DNA of 64,000 nt from Chrysomallon squamiferum (GCA_012295275.1 CM022668.1:2728001-2792000), one strand, 5' to 3'; numbered from the stretch's first letter, positions 1 to 40,574 are shown. Made by a program: numbers and translations. Notes: generated by a model not told the origin, from the letters alone.

Positions 1-1834
1 TTTAAATGTAAATTGACATATACAAAGTACAAATACATTATGAATCTATTTATGTTTATATAATTTGTTTTTATAATTTGATGGATGTTTAGAAAGTAGT
101 AATTGAAGAATATATGTATATATATATATATATACATTAATGTCTTGGGAATGAGCCATATTTGTTTTGGATAATTATTTTTATTCATTATGAAACTGTT
201 TTGTGAGACCTGGTAAAAGTGGTTAAAAAAAAAGTTTTAACATATTTCATCAGGTCAGTCTGTTCATTTTGTAGATTTTTAATTTATTATCTAAAATAAT
301 TGTTTTGACATTAATATTCTTGAAGCATTTAAAAAGTTGTTAACACACACTTTCTGTTTTGTGTCTTAAGTATCTTTATTTTTTATTTATTTTTTAAAAA
401 TTTTACTCAGTGTTTAAGTCAGTATTTTTAAAATCTTTATTTTTAAAAAAAATTTTATAAATTTTTCTCAGTATTTAAATCAGTATTTTTAATTTTTCTC
501 TGTGTTGTTTCGACTCTGAATAAAAAGGTGTTTGCTTGGTTCTGCGAGAAGCAGATTAGTTAAGGTGTGGCTCGACCTGACCCCAGGGCACCAGCACTTC
601 ACACCAGAAACAGACACCAGATAAAAACTTACACAAAGCTTAACAGTCAGCAGACGTCCAAGATAAGATAACTCCAACTTAATAGCAGAGTCCAGGGTCT
701 CACACTATATTTAGTTATTTCTCTTCTTCCTATTTGCTTTTTTTTTGCTTTTTTTTTTCTTTTTTTTTTTTCTTCTTTTTGTCCTTATTTGTATTTTTAG
801 TGGGTTTTTCTTCTTTCTTTCCCACTTTCCTTTTCTTTCTTTCATTTTTTCTTCTGTTTTGATTTTTGTTTGTTTCATTTGTTCTCTTTCTCTCTCACAC
901 ATTCCATCAATCCTTGTGAACATTCTTTCAAAATTTCTCTCTCTCTGTCCCTCTCTCTCTCTCTCTCTCTTCTTCTCTCTCTTTCTTTTCTTTCATTCTC
1001 TTTTTTCTGTCTCTTTATTTCTCTGTATCTGTCTATCATCACTAAATCTATCCCTCTTTCCTTTTCTCTCTTTTTGTCTCTGATTCCCCATAGAATATTT
1101 TCTATCTCTTTTCTTGTATCTTTCCCTCTTCATTTTATTTCTTTCTCTCTGTCTTCAATTTTGGCTCTGCATAACGTTTTTCTGTCTATCTCTCTATCTT
1201 GCTGTATCTCTAATTTTATTTATTCTTCCTCTCTCTCTCTCTCTATTTCTGGATTCTTTAATGTGTTTATATCTGTCTTCCAGTATCTTTCCCTTTTTTT
1301 CTCTCTCTCTGTCTATCTCTGTTTCTGATTCCTTATAATATATATTCTCTCTGTCTTCTGTTATCTTCCAGTATCTTTTGTTCATTATTTTTCTCTGTCT
1401 GTCCATCTGTATTTCTGACTTCTTGGAACATGTTTCTATCTATCTATCTATCTTCCTATATCGTTCATTCTCTCATTAGTTTGCTCTGTCTGTCTGTGTG
1501 TTTCTGGCTCTCTCCCCATTTCCTAACCCTCTCTCAGTTTTGTACCTCTGATCTAGGCCAAGTGGCTCTATCCCACACAGCAGACTGTTTCAATTATCTT
1601 CAGCAGTTTTAGTTTTAAACACTGAAGCTAAATAGAGAACAGATTGGATTCTGTCCAACCCACAAACAAGAATGTAGCATTTAATTTGCATATCTGCCGA
1701 ACAGGCTGGAGTTTTAACTTGTCACAGAGTTTACAAAACAACTCGAAGAATTTAGTAAACATGGAGAATAACTTAGTGGGTTTTTTTTGTATTGTGTCTT
1801 AATAGATTGCTCACAAGTTTCTGAGTATGGATGT

Positions 1835-1902
<68 letters not shown>

Positions 1903-1926
1903 TTATTATTATTATTATTATTATTA

Positions 1927-2020
1927 ACAAGTCCTAACAAGACCTGTCCAGTGAATAATATGGTTGTCATGTGACATAATGAATATTAATTATGAATAAG
2001 TTAATACTTAGTTATAGTTA
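1927..2020 (+). mobile_element. Short interspersed repeat fragment (copy 1) followed by (ATT)n
   Basis: AAGACCT.TCCA..AATAATATGGTT.TCATGTGAC.TAATGAATATTAATTA.GAATAAG shared with 31169-31272. Confidence 0.6.
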
Positions 2021-2314
2021 TTATTATTAATACTATTATTATTATTGTTATTATTACAATTATTATTATTATATTACAATTACTATTGTTATTACTATTA
2101 CTATTATTATTATTATTACCTTTATTACTAAAGTTATTATTGTTATTGTTATTATTTTTACTGTTACTAATATAGCTATTATTATTAATACAGTTATTAT
2201 TATTATTATTATTACTATTATTATTATTATTATTATTATTACTATTACTATTATTATTACTATTATTATTATTACTACAGTTCTTATTATTATTATTGTT
2301 GTTGTTTGTGTTGA

Positions 2315-2346
<32 letters not shown>

Positions 2347-2355
2347 CTGTTTCAG

Positions 2356-28409
<26,054 letters not shown>

Positions 28410-29219
28410 TTCCTCACAGTGTTACAGACAAAACGATTGGACAGACATAAAATAAAAAATAAAAACCAACAACCTATTATTGGAAACCAAACAATTATTA
28501 TACATACATAAGCCTTGCTGTTTGTCTTTCATGGAAAAGGAACTTGGAAGAGTGGACAAAGAAATATAAAGAGTTTTAGTGGTGATTGTTGAAAGCAAGG
28601 GCAATAACTGTGTGAAATCAAAAGACGATTGTGAACAGAAATTTCTTGGCATAATGAAAACCAAAGTCTGCCACATTTTGTGAGAATTTCTAAAATATCT
28701 GAAGCAAAGCCGTGCCTGAGAAATGCAGAATTTGTATCATAGTAAACACTGTATGTAATGTTATTATGTTAATATACCTACGTCATATTTATACGTTTCC
28801 TTGGTTACTTATTAACAGTCAGCTGGTGTAATTTGTTATTGTTCTGTTACTCTTTTGTTCAGTAAGTAATTATAATATGCAATAGGTTTTTATTAATTTG
28901 CTGGCAGATATGTCAGTTTAAAAAAGAAATTTAAAAAAAAAAAAAAAAAAATTAAATTGCCACTTTATGATTGGTTAATTGAAATAGTGTAGTCACTATA
29001 GCAACCACTGCTTGAGTGTCAGGTTTATATATGGCAGAACTGAGAAGTGTTGTTGCCTTTGTGTAAAATTTGATGTAAACATTGTGCTTTTAATCTCAAA
29101 GTGCTATATTATCTTTCATATATTCAAATATAAATAATTTTTAATTAGATAAGTTTTGTTTTTAATATAACAGATGTTTGATGTTTATTATTAATACATG
29201 TATGGTGAAATATATATAT

Positions 29220-29258
<39 letters not shown>

Positions 29259-30946
29259 AACATATTATATATTCAATGCTTTCAATCAAATCTACATATT
29301 GAGAAGTTCACACAGATCACAGTGTTTATTTAGTTTAAACATACCGGAAGTGCTGACCAGTGGTCAAGAGTAGTTTTAAGATACCAACAAGAAATATAAC
29401 CAGACTAAGTGTAATGATGCATTCTGGGACTGTTTCAAGAATTGCACTGTGGTAAGGAGATTGTAGAAGAAATATGACTGGACAGTGAGTGATGCATTCT
29501 GGGACTGTCTCAGGTACACAAGACAAGCTAAAAGGTTGTCCAGACTGTTCTTACTGGACTAAGGGCTGATGTACTTTTGTCTGATGGCCAGTAATAAAAA
29601 AAAAAAACTTTTCAAAATTTACTGGAAAATATTTTATAATAATCATTAGACTGAGATAGATTAAAAAAAAAACTTCAGTAACACCAGCAGTTTTGTATCA
29701 TAAACAGTTTTAAATGTTTAAATGTGGAAATTAGAAAACATTCACTTACTGTTGCTTGTTTTAGTACACAGACATCTCTGTGTTGATCTGAATTCTGCAG
29801 ACAACAGGCTGAGTGTCATTAAAAGTCTGGAAACTATTTTCTTGACAACCAGGTGTAAGTAATTTACAACACTCTGCCGGTCACCTTCTTGTGACGTGAG
29901 CATTTTGAAGTCATTTCAAGCCATAGCAATAGGAATAGCAAGAAACAAAACAGAAATAAAGACACATCTGCAACTGAGAAACTTCTGGAAACCTATGCTC
30001 TGATTCATTAACAAATATGTATATAGAAAGAACAATACATGTTAACTGCTAACTTAATTAATAGTTTTCTGGCCACACTTGTCAATGTCCTCCCTCCCCC
30101 TCCTCCCTCCCTCCCTCCCTCCTTCTCCCCCCCGTGCTTTCTGTTACCCAGGGATACATATACTGTACATATAAAAATGATATTTGCCTAACCACATATA
30201 CTAATTTTTTTTTTTTTTTGTCTCCACAGTCTATTGGTGCTATGAACTTTGACCTTTGTGAAGGTGTTTTCATTTAGAGACATTTTTGTGACTTTCAGTG
30301 TCGGTTGGTGTTGTTGGTGTTGTTTTCTTTTTGATGGAAACTGGCCAAAAAGATTGTTTTGTTGGCGACATTTTAACTACTTTTTTTTTTTTTTTATCTT
30401 GTTTAATGTACATTATATATATGTTGGGAAATTATTGTCTATTCTAACATTAGTCACTATTGAGTTATTTGATTTTCATATTTTGTCATATTTAATATTC
30501 ACACATCAGATTAAGCATAATTAAGTCTTTTTTTCTTTCTTAAATTGGGCAAATTGTGCTTGAAAATTGTTGCAGATAATTTATCTTTGGAACTTAATAT
30601 ATAAATAAACACACACATTCATATCCTTGGATTTCCATTATATAATTGCATGATAAAAAAATTATGAGCATGCGGCATAATAAATTTTATTAATTTATGC
30701 CACCACCTTGCCCCAGACAAATACAAGTGCATTTGTTAAGAAAATAGAATATTATATGCTAAACCACGAATAAAATATTTAAAAATTACAAATGTCTTAC
30801 CCACATTTAAGAACTGGTAAGAAAAAGTTCTATACAGGACATAGCAAAAACTGATTTAAAAAAATTTTAAAAATGATTTTGAAACTTTGGTTTTTGTGTT
30901 TTCAGAGTACAGATATCTGAAAATGTCCATCAACTACCGAAGACAA

Positions 30947-30977
<31 letters not shown>

Positions 30978-31168
30978 TTGTGGGTAAGGTTAAGTTCATA
31001 GAGGCAGCTGTATTAGCTTTTTGTTTTGTTTGTTATTTAACTAATAAGATATTAATGTAGTTACATAGTTTAGCCACTACAGATTTTCAATACAGTACAG
31101 TGTTCAGTTTGCTGTAAAAATAGAGTCGTTGTCCATGGAAACCTTTTTGGTTGATGATGTCACAGACT

Positions 31169-31265
31169 ACAAGTTACAGCAAAGACCTCTCCAATAAAAA
31201 TAATATGGTTATCATGTGACCTAATGAATATTAATTAAGAATAAGCTAAGTTAACAGTTCTTGTA

Positions 31266-31272
<7 letters not shown>
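31169..31272 (+). mobile_element. Short interspersed repeat fragment (copy 2) followed by (ATT)n
   Basis: Same core as 1927-2020, same orientation, same (ATT)n tail. Confidence 0.6.
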
Positions 31273-31322
<50 letters not shown>

Positions 31323-32493
31323 TTGTCACTCATGGTATTTTGAAATGCTGTGGAAATGTTAATTTTGTTTCTTAAGAATGAAATTAAAATTTCTTAATTA
31401 GATAAGAAAAAAGGGTTTAGTTTTATCTATGAATTATTAAATAAAACTGTAACTACTGTAATTTTTCAGACATTTTTAAGTGAGAAATTTTATAGACCAC
31501 AGTATGTTGTGTCAAGAACTGAAGTCAAACGCAGCAAAATGGAAAGCTTATTTTTTTACATTATTGTTATTTAGACATTACTTTTTCAAAAGTAAATTTT
31601 TCATTTTTAAAAGCTTCGTTGTAAAAGTTAGACTATACCGTGACTTAAATAATTTAGTATCTGTAATTCTGTTAGTCCAGACTGTTATTTGTTTTCTATA
31701 TAAGTGTATATATATTTATATATATATATATATACATTATGACTGTGTATAATAGAGGTACAGTATCATATTTTATTTTATATCAAATTAATCATGTATA
31801 TTGTTTTAAACAAAACAGAAAACAGCTGCAGAAAGATAAGATAAAGTTATACAAACAATTTTGAACTTTTTACAATATTTTAATGATTTTTATTTTATTT
31901 TTCCTATTACTTGTTCAGAATTCAAACCCATAATTATAATTTTTGTTTTATATGTTTTTTCCTCTTTGTTTTTTTTTTTCCTTTTTTTTATAGAAATATA
32001 ATAATAGTCATATGATACTTGTTAAAAATGTACAATATACTTTTGTTATGTTTTGTGTTTTATTTATATAGTGCTTATGTTTTGCATGATAGAAAACCAG
32101 ACACTTTGCCCACATTTTAAAAACAGTTTCAAATCCCCACTCCTATTAAAGTTTATGCTGTTTTTGTTGTTTTGGGTATAAAATAAAATTATAATTATTG
32201 TGAACCAAGAGTTTGATTCATTTTTAACTGATTTGATAATTTCAGTAAAATAGAATTATTAGAATACCACTGATTAAAGTGAGAAAAAAAAAAAATGAAA
32301 ACTAAATTACAATATTGTTAAATCAAGTTTTACTTGAGAAACAATAAATATTTCAGTTTGATCTTTCAGTACTGAATTATTTGTTCTGTATTTGAAGAAA
32401 ACTATACTGAAAAAAAAAGGGTTACAAAACAAAATTTAAGTAAATCTTTGTAAACATTAAACAAACAAAATTCATATTTGAGTGCACATAAAC

Positions 32494-32524
<31 letters not shown>

Positions 32525-32956
32525 CTTACATATAAGAATGAGATTAGTAAAAAAAATTCATAAAATACAAATTCTGACTTAATATTATGGGCAGTAAATT
32601 AATATTTCAACTAAAAAAGGTTAAAAATTGGTAGATTTTTGAACAAAATTATGTTATATAAAATCTGTTGATTAACTGGTTTGAAACTGAACTGTCAAAA
32701 TGAACAAAACTTGTAGGAGAATGCAGTTTGTTAAATCTTGTTACACAGACATAATATAGCCAGGTATACAAAGTAATTAGTGACTTCTCACCTGTCTGTA
32801 GGTGCAGTGTAGTGCTTGTCTATAATGGAGTGTTTTATCAACCACTGTTCTATTAATATCACACAGAAATAAACCAATCTTTATACACCTTGTACTTCTG
32901 TCATTTGTAACACACAGAGAGAGAGAGAGAGAGAGAGTGAGTGAGTGAGTGGGAGA

Positions 32957-33031
<75 letters not shown>

Positions 33032-36000
33032 TGTGTATATGTGTGTGCAGAAACAGATATATAAAGAAAGGGGAAGAGAGTAAGACAGACAGACTGAGAG
33101 TTTTAAGAGAGAAAACAGTTAAATCTATTAACTGTATAAATTAGTAAACATCTGCTGTTTTATGTTAATGATTAATATTATTGCAAATTGCTTATTTCAA
33201 TACTGACAGAATGTTTTAAAAATATCAAAAACTTTTCAGGTTATAAAGCAAGGGTGAATTTCATGTTTGAATGACAATTTTCTAAAACAAAAACTTGGAA
33301 ATATCATATGCAGCCTTGTTTTAAAATGGCTGGTCTTAACTACAAAAACAAATATTTGATATTTTTAGTGATCTTCAGATTTGCTATGTACACTGCAGTA
33401 AACTGGATGTAAACTGATAACTAAAAACCAAGAATGATAACTGTTATTAACCTTACTCCAATTTATAAAATATTTACAACTGTCAGTATAGTGAGCATTA
33501 TTTTATTTCACACTTGTATTTTGAATGAAGAAAAAAAAAAAAAAACATCTGGCACCTCCAAGATAGATTTTCTGGAAGCACATTTTGTATTTTGAATGGC
33601 AACATGCTCTTGTTAAATTTGTTTTAATCTTGGTACATCTCTTGTAATATATGAGTAATGAATCGAAGTATCTGTCTGTCATTTTAATTTACTTAGGTTA
33701 TTATTTTCTGACATCTCTAGAGGTCACTAGTTTTAACAAAATCTCTGGTAACTTGTGTCATGTTTTCGTTATCCAGAACAGTGCCTCAGCATTGTTCACT
33801 TCTGTCACAGTTTAAAACTGAGCTACTGGATGGTGATGCCCCCATTTCTCTGAAACTGTAACATCTCACATAGCACGAAGAAGCATCAATTGCTGTCACA
33901 GTAAATCATTCTAGCTTTTTAATTTAATTTTTTTTCATGAACTGTTTATCAACAAGGTCATAGTTCACAGTCAGTGGAACCTCACTAACCCCCTCCCCAC
34001 AAAAAATATAAAAAAATTCAAAGGTGTGGTCTTTTACAGATTAATAAACAAAACATGAAATCCAAGCCAAAAGTGAAAACTGGGCTTTCTACAGGGTAAT
34101 TTTTTAAAAAACAAAAATAAAAATATAAAAATTGTTTATTAAAATACATGTTTATACAGAGGTTCAAAGAAACAACAGTATTTACATTCTCATCATCTCA
34201 TTCATGATCTGAGTTAATTTCAGTCATTTGTTTTCTTCTTCTTTTTTATTATTAATTTTTTTTTTTATTATTAATCATTTAATTGAATGTTTTGAATATT
34301 TGTAAAAGAGAAAACAAAATGACTGATAAACATTTACAAACATTAATCTGGTAAACTTGTACAAATTGCAAAAAAACATAAAATCATATCAATATTATCT
34401 TGTGTAAAAATTGAATGAAGCAATATGAAAACAGATGAAATTCATTTCAGTAATAACAACTACATCTAAATACAGAATATATATATAAATGAATAATTAA
34501 TTCTTGAACTACATCATACAAAAATATTGCTTGATTATGTGTACAAATTCCTGAAAACAAATGAACTTTTTTGGTTAGATATTATTAAACAATAAAATTA
34601 AATGAAATAAAAATAATAAATAAAAAATTCACATCAAAAACATTAATAATAATAAATAATAAATAAAAAAATTAAAATGAAATTGTAAAAAGTCATCATC
34701 AGATAGATTTGTTATAAAATGTATTAAGAAAAGAAAATCAGATTTTTATTTTATACCCAATTCCAATATAAATTTATTATTAAATGTATTTACAAAAAAA
34801 TATATGTGATGAATAAATATTTACAAATGTGTTATAAAAATCACTGAAATAAAATAAACAGCTGAAATGTTTAAAAATGATTAATGTGTTCATATTAACA
34901 GAAATTATGAATTTAAGAGACAGAAAAAAAAAAAAATAATAAAATAAAATAAACATTTTCTTTACCATATGATAACAGCAGTGATTTTAAATTTTTAAAG
35001 AAATAAAGAAAATATAAAATAAAAATTTTGTTTTAGCTTTTTTACAATATGATTTTAGAAAACAAAAATAAATTTTTATTAGTAAAATAGGTGATACATA
35101 TTATGATTGCTGGCTACATGAAATATTTTAAAATATTTACACATTTCTTTACACTAAATTATAGTGAATAGATTCCTGAATGATCATTTTATCATTTAAA
35201 ACATCATCATTATTAAAAACATTGCAACAATTCATTTGTTTTCATTCAACCTGTAAAATTTTATTTAATCATTCTTAACATCCAGTGTAGATTTCAATCA
35301 AATAATTTACTTTTCATCTAAAATAAAATAAAATAAAATAAAATGGCATAGATCCAGAAGGAATGTTTATTTTAGTAAATAGTCACTTGGAATCTTTTAT
35401 TCATTAAATACTATAATGACTTTGTTAACATAGTAACTATGACCTTTAAACTTTGACATTTTCTTAAAATTATTTTTCATAATGTTAATATTGACAAATA
35501 TTATTGATAAATTAATTACCATGACAATCTTCAGTTGTCATCAGTTCATTTCTTGGTAAATTATAAATTATTTTATAATTCAAGTTTATAAATTTTAATT
35601 CTATTTATAAACATAAAATATTTGGAAGCCTTTTTTTTATACAGATAATTTTAAAAAAGCAATAAAAGGTATACAGATATTTATTTACATATCTTTAAAC
35701 AGATTATGAGGAAGGGAATGCTAAATGTTAATATTTGTGTGACTGATTTTAAACTTTTAAGATCAATATTTTATCTCAGAAAGGCACTTTGTGTTGTAGA
35801 GTAATTGTTACATAGTCAGCGCATATCAAGTTAAAAGAAAAATGGGAAAGCAATTACCATGTGGAAAAAAAAAAAAAATGATATTAGCATAAATGTAGGA
35901 AAAAATTGTCTTATTATAAATTATTATTATTATTATTATTAATATTTTTTTTAACACTGATTTTTCACAAAACAAGGATTTTTTTCACAAGCCAGGTATG

Positions 36001-36237
36001 CACCTCTAATTGATTCACATGAAAGTTGCTGAAATATTCATTTCCAGATGTATTACGCACTAAAACTTTTAAATTAAATCAATTTAAAATATTGATTCCC
36101 CCCTCCCACAGAATCATACCTTTCAGAAATTTAAGTCTCAGCTTAATCTAAAGATGTAACTCAATTGCAAATCTTAGACTTAACATTATGTTGTAAATTT
36201 ATTATGTTTTGTTAAAAAGGATTCAGCCAGCATGAAA

Positions 36238-36327
36238 TCACCGAGCTTGTACAAATGTACACAACAGACTGAGTACAGCTGTGACAACAAGAACAAGTGT
36301 GTTACTCTGGAGAGTGCTGGACCCAAG
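36238..36327 (-). CDS. Ly6 exon 4 (GPI signal, stop)
   Basis: TTTCAG acceptor; LGSS + hydrophobic stretch + TGA. Confidence 0.85.
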   Translation of the reverse strand, partial: LGSSTLQSNTLVLVVTAVLSLLCTFVQAR

Positions 36328-39130
36328 CTGAAAATAAACAAAAATTAATTAATTATTTAATTAGTAAACCTGAGACCCAAGCTGAAAATAAACAAAAATT
36401 AATTAATTATTTAATTAGTAAACCTGAGATTTAGAAAACAGCTGAATGAAGAAATACTTTAATTAAACCAAAATTAGGATCAAAGAAATAATTAGAGAGG
36501 TGATGGGCACATTTTTTTAAGCAGCAGTAAAGCTATGAGGTGATTTTATTATGTATAATTCTAATAATTGTAAATGATTAACATTTATTTAAAGGCTTTT
36601 TTTTTTTTTTTTTTTAAATGTATTTCTAGTTACAGAGAGAAGAAAATACCATTTAAATTGTCTGTAATAACAGAAAAGTAAAAAATAAAAAATTGTGTTA
36701 TTTGAAAAATCATGGCACAGAGAGATATACTAACTTGTATTCTTAAAATTCTTTCTCTTTTTTTTCTTTTTTTTTAACAGATTATGAATTTGGAATCAAA
36801 ACAGATAAAAAAAAAAATTAGGCAAGAGTTATCTTTCTTGGTGATGCTAAATTTCATATTACAATTATTCTACAACAATTTATAAATAAAACATTCATTT
36901 TGTTTCATCCTGAATGAGATATTCCACCGAACATTTTTATTTCTTTTAAATATTTAAAAAATGAAAATATTCAAAACCAGAAATTTGCTGTCAATATGAG
37001 AAACTATGTATAATAATAATACATTAAATGAATTTCAATCAATTAACAATCAATACAGTAAAAATATTTATTTAAAAATTAATTTATACTGTCTTAAACA
37101 TGAACTAACCCAAAGCTATTAAATATTAAATACTTGTATCAAAATAAAATTATCTAAAAATCTCGGACTGACTGACTGTATTAGTTTCCATGGTAACACA
37201 TTATATTCTACACAGTGAATGTTTACACTGTACTCACAGTCACGTAGAAGTTACATCGGTCTCCTTGACAACACTCGACACACTCCCAGTCGCGGTACCA
37301 GTCTCTCATACACCTCAGACCCAGCAGTGACTGCTTCATGGCACAAGTCTTAGAAGAACTGCAACTCTTTGAAAGGTGGTGAATCTTCACAGTCCTAGGG
37401 GTCCAGAATGCTGGAGCTATAAATAAATAAATAAATAAACAAACAAATAAACAAATAAACAAATAAATAAATAAATAAACAAATAAATAAATAAACAAAA
37501 ACAAACAAACAAACAAATAAATAAATAATAAATAAATAAATAAACATGCAAAAAAATAAAATAAAATTTAAAATAAATATAAAGCTAAATTTAAAATTTG
37601 AATAAAGTTTTAAAAATAAATTTCTTCAAAGGCTATGTAAAATAAAATAAAAAAGATATATATAAAATTAGTTTTTAAACTTCTATGTGTCCACAATGAT
37701 GGCATTATAAGTATTAAATAAAATAAAATAATAATAATAATTTAAAAATCAAGAAGTAAAACAAATACTTCTAGTTATATGTCCTTGAAACTGGTGTCAC
37801 ATTAAAACATATAATGTAAATAAACACTATTATAAATTAATTTAAACAGTTCATGCATCTGCAAAAGACTGAGGAGTTAATAAGATACATCTAGATAATA
37901 CTGATACACCTAGATACTAACAATACAGCTAGATACTAACAATACACCTAGATACTAACGATACACCTAGATACTAATGATACACCTAGATACTAACGAT
38001 ACACCTAGATACTAACGATACATCTAGATACTAACGATACATCTAGATACTAACGATACACCTAGATACTACTGATACACCTAGATACTAACGATACACC
38101 TAGATACTAACGATACAGCTAGATACTAACGATACAGCTAGATACTAATGATACACCTAGATACTAATGATACATCTAGATACTACTGATACATCTAGAT
38201 ACTAATGATACACCTAGATACTACTGATACACTTAGATACTACTGATACATCTAGATATTAATGATACACCTAGATACTACTGATACACCTAGATACTAA
38301 TGATACACCTAGATACTACTGATACACCTAGATACTACTGATACACCTAGATACTACTGATACACCTAGATACTAATGATACACCTAGATACTAATGATA
38401 CACCTAGATACTACTGATACACCTAGATACTAATGATACATCTAGATACTAATGATACACCTAGATACTACTGATACACCTAGATACTACTGATACACCT
38501 AGATACTAAGGATACACCTAGATACTACTGATACACCTAGATACTAATGATACATCTAGATACTAATGATACATCTAGATACTACGAATACACCTAGATA
38601 CTACTGATACACCTAGATACTAAGGATACACCTAGATACTACTGATACACCTAGATACCACTGATACACCTAGATACTAATGATACGTACCTCGCCAGAC
38701 CATGTGAGTCATACAAGTATCGTAGCGTTCCTCGCACTGTATCGTGGTCTTGATACACTTGTCTCTGTTGTCTGCCTGGTTTGTACACACATAGCACTCC
38801 AAGCCAAAACCTGCACAGACAAACATCTTCAGTGAATTAACAACAACACACTGGCTGCTTATTTAGTCTTAGACTGTTTCATAGTCTTTAAACAAAGATG
38901 AAATAAGAAACAAAACAAAAATTCCAGTGTACATATTTATACCACCATGTTGGATAGGCAATTGCAATGGTGTGCAAGTAATCAGTTAATTTTGATTTAA
39001 GTTAATTTTGTTCATTTTATCTCGTCTATTAAATCTTTGTTTACATGTTTTATTTACTATACTTTTGATATTTCATTCATTTAGGAATTAGGTAATGTCT
39101 AGAACTTTCTATTATTTATTATTATTTATT

Positions 39131-39199
<69 letters not shown>

Positions 39200-39407
39200 G
39201 AACATAAATTAATTACTTCAAAATTATATATTTGTGTGTGTATACAGTGTTAAGATTCTCTCATTTTTTTATGCAATGTTTTTATTCATGTTAAATGTTA
39301 TTTATTTATTTTGTGTATTATTTTACCATATAAATTCAATCATAAATCCAACAAGTTGTTAAGATAATTATTTTTTTTAAATTAGTAATTGTTTGTGTGT
39401 GTGTGTA

Positions 39408-39450
<43 letters not shown>

Positions 39451-40195
39451 GTTGTGTTGTGTGTTATACAATGTCATAAATAACGTTGTTACTGACAAAT
39501 CGAGTTTGCCATGTCGAATATAAAACTGAATGTTTAAGTTAGTGTTATTAATCAAGAGACAAAGATTTCAATATGGCAGGTCACATATAAATTAGTTTTA
39601 GTTTTATTCTGCTTTGGTTCTGCTAACGTGTTAAACCACGAAGTTAGCGACTGTGAAATATAAAATATTTATCTGGCTTTACGTTTGCCTATAACCAGTT
39701 ACTCAGTTAATAAAGATTCACATGTTGGGTAGCTTTCAGTAATAATAACAACAATGATGATGATGACGACGATGATGAACATTTTATTAAAACTGTTTTT
39801 GTGATTCATCTAAACAGAATTTGAAAACAGTCAAACTTCCGGTAATCGCAGTACTTTTAATTTAGTAATTTCATCAACTGTTTCTGTTTGACGTTATTTC
39901 AGATGACCAGTTCTTGAGATGATTTTAAAATAAATTATTTAACTTGTGAATTACTCGATGCTAACTCGCGATCAGTCACAGCAAGGCTAATGTATGATAT
40001 AAATACAGGTATTAACTGAACGAAAATAGCCGCCATGACTGTGATTGACCTAGTTGTGTGTCAGGTGCGAAATCAAGGTGTGCACACTTTTTAATTTGAC
40101 ATTGTTCTTTTATTCTTATTCCAGATATTGCCAATGTTTTACTTACATGTTCTGGTGAAGCCAAAAAGGCAGAAAACCAGCAGTAAATCCTTCAT
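36238..40195 (-). CDS. Ly6/uPAR (three-finger) GPI-anchored protein, coiled-like; 4 exons, 145 aa
   Basis: Exons 40195-40147, 38810-38691, 37416-37238, 36327-36238 (GT-AG, phases 1,1,0). Protein: MKDLLLVFCLFGFTRTCFG-LECYVCTNQADNRDKCIKTTIQCEERYDTCMTHMVWRAPAFWTPRTVKIHHLSKSCSSSKTCAMKQSLLGLRCMRDWYRDWECVECCQGDRCNFYVT-LGSSTLQSNTLVLVVTAVLSLLCTFVQAR. Signal peptide, LECYxC...CCxxDxCN LU signature with 12 Cys, hydrophobic GPI-type tail. Similarity to Drosophila septate-junction Ly6 coiled is from memory, not a search. Confidence 0.92.
36320..36427 (-). repeat. 54-bp tandem duplication of the Ly6 last-exon acceptor
   Basis: GACCCAAGCTGAAAATAAACAAAAATTAATTAATTATTTAATTAGTAAACCTGA x2. Confidence 0.95.
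37238..37416 (-). CDS. Ly6 exon 3 (...ECCQGDRCNFYVT)
   Basis: ATAG acceptor, GTGAGT donor, phase 1-0; within ORF 37223-37516. Confidence 0.92.
37885..38688. repeat. 19-bp minisatellite (GATACACCTAGATACTAAT) abutting the Ly6 exon-2 donor
   Basis: About 42 units; on the gene strand most units read CTAG|GTGTAT. Confidence 0.95.
38691..38810 (-). CDS. Ly6 exon 2 (LECYVCTNQADNRDKC...)
   Basis: GCAG acceptor, GTACGT donor, phase 1-1. Confidence 0.92.
40147..40195 (-). CDS. Ly6 exon 1 (signal peptide MKDLLLVFCLFGFTRT)
   Basis: ATG at 40195, donor GTAAGT (acttac 40141-40146), phase 1. Confidence 0.85.
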
Positions 40196-40574
40196 TTGTC
40201 TGATGTTGAGTTCCCCTTACTCAGGTGTGCACAATATTGTCATTCCTTCTCACTTCAAACACTATTTTCTATACGACAGACAGCGCTTTATCACGCTCAA
40301 ATTGTTTCGCCGTCTACATTTTATTATTACTACTATTATTATTACTTTTATTTTTAAATTACTATTGTTGTTGTTGTTGTTGTTGTTATTATTATTATAA
40401 TTTCTCTTTGTGCTTGCTGCAAGTATAAGCTTAAATGTTTATTAATATGGGTGAATAATTATGCTGTTTGTATAAATAACAGGAATGTCTTGAGTAACAG
40501 CTAGAAAGCAGTTTTGGCTATTTACACGAAACCGAAAACCAAAAGAAACAGAAACAAGAAACAAGCAAAGACAA

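Noticed and set aside
32140-32190. ATTAAA/AATAAA as the tensin poly(A) signal after a ~3.8-kb 3' UTR
   Set aside because: Plausible, but such hexamers are too frequent in this AT-rich DNA to call without transcript data.
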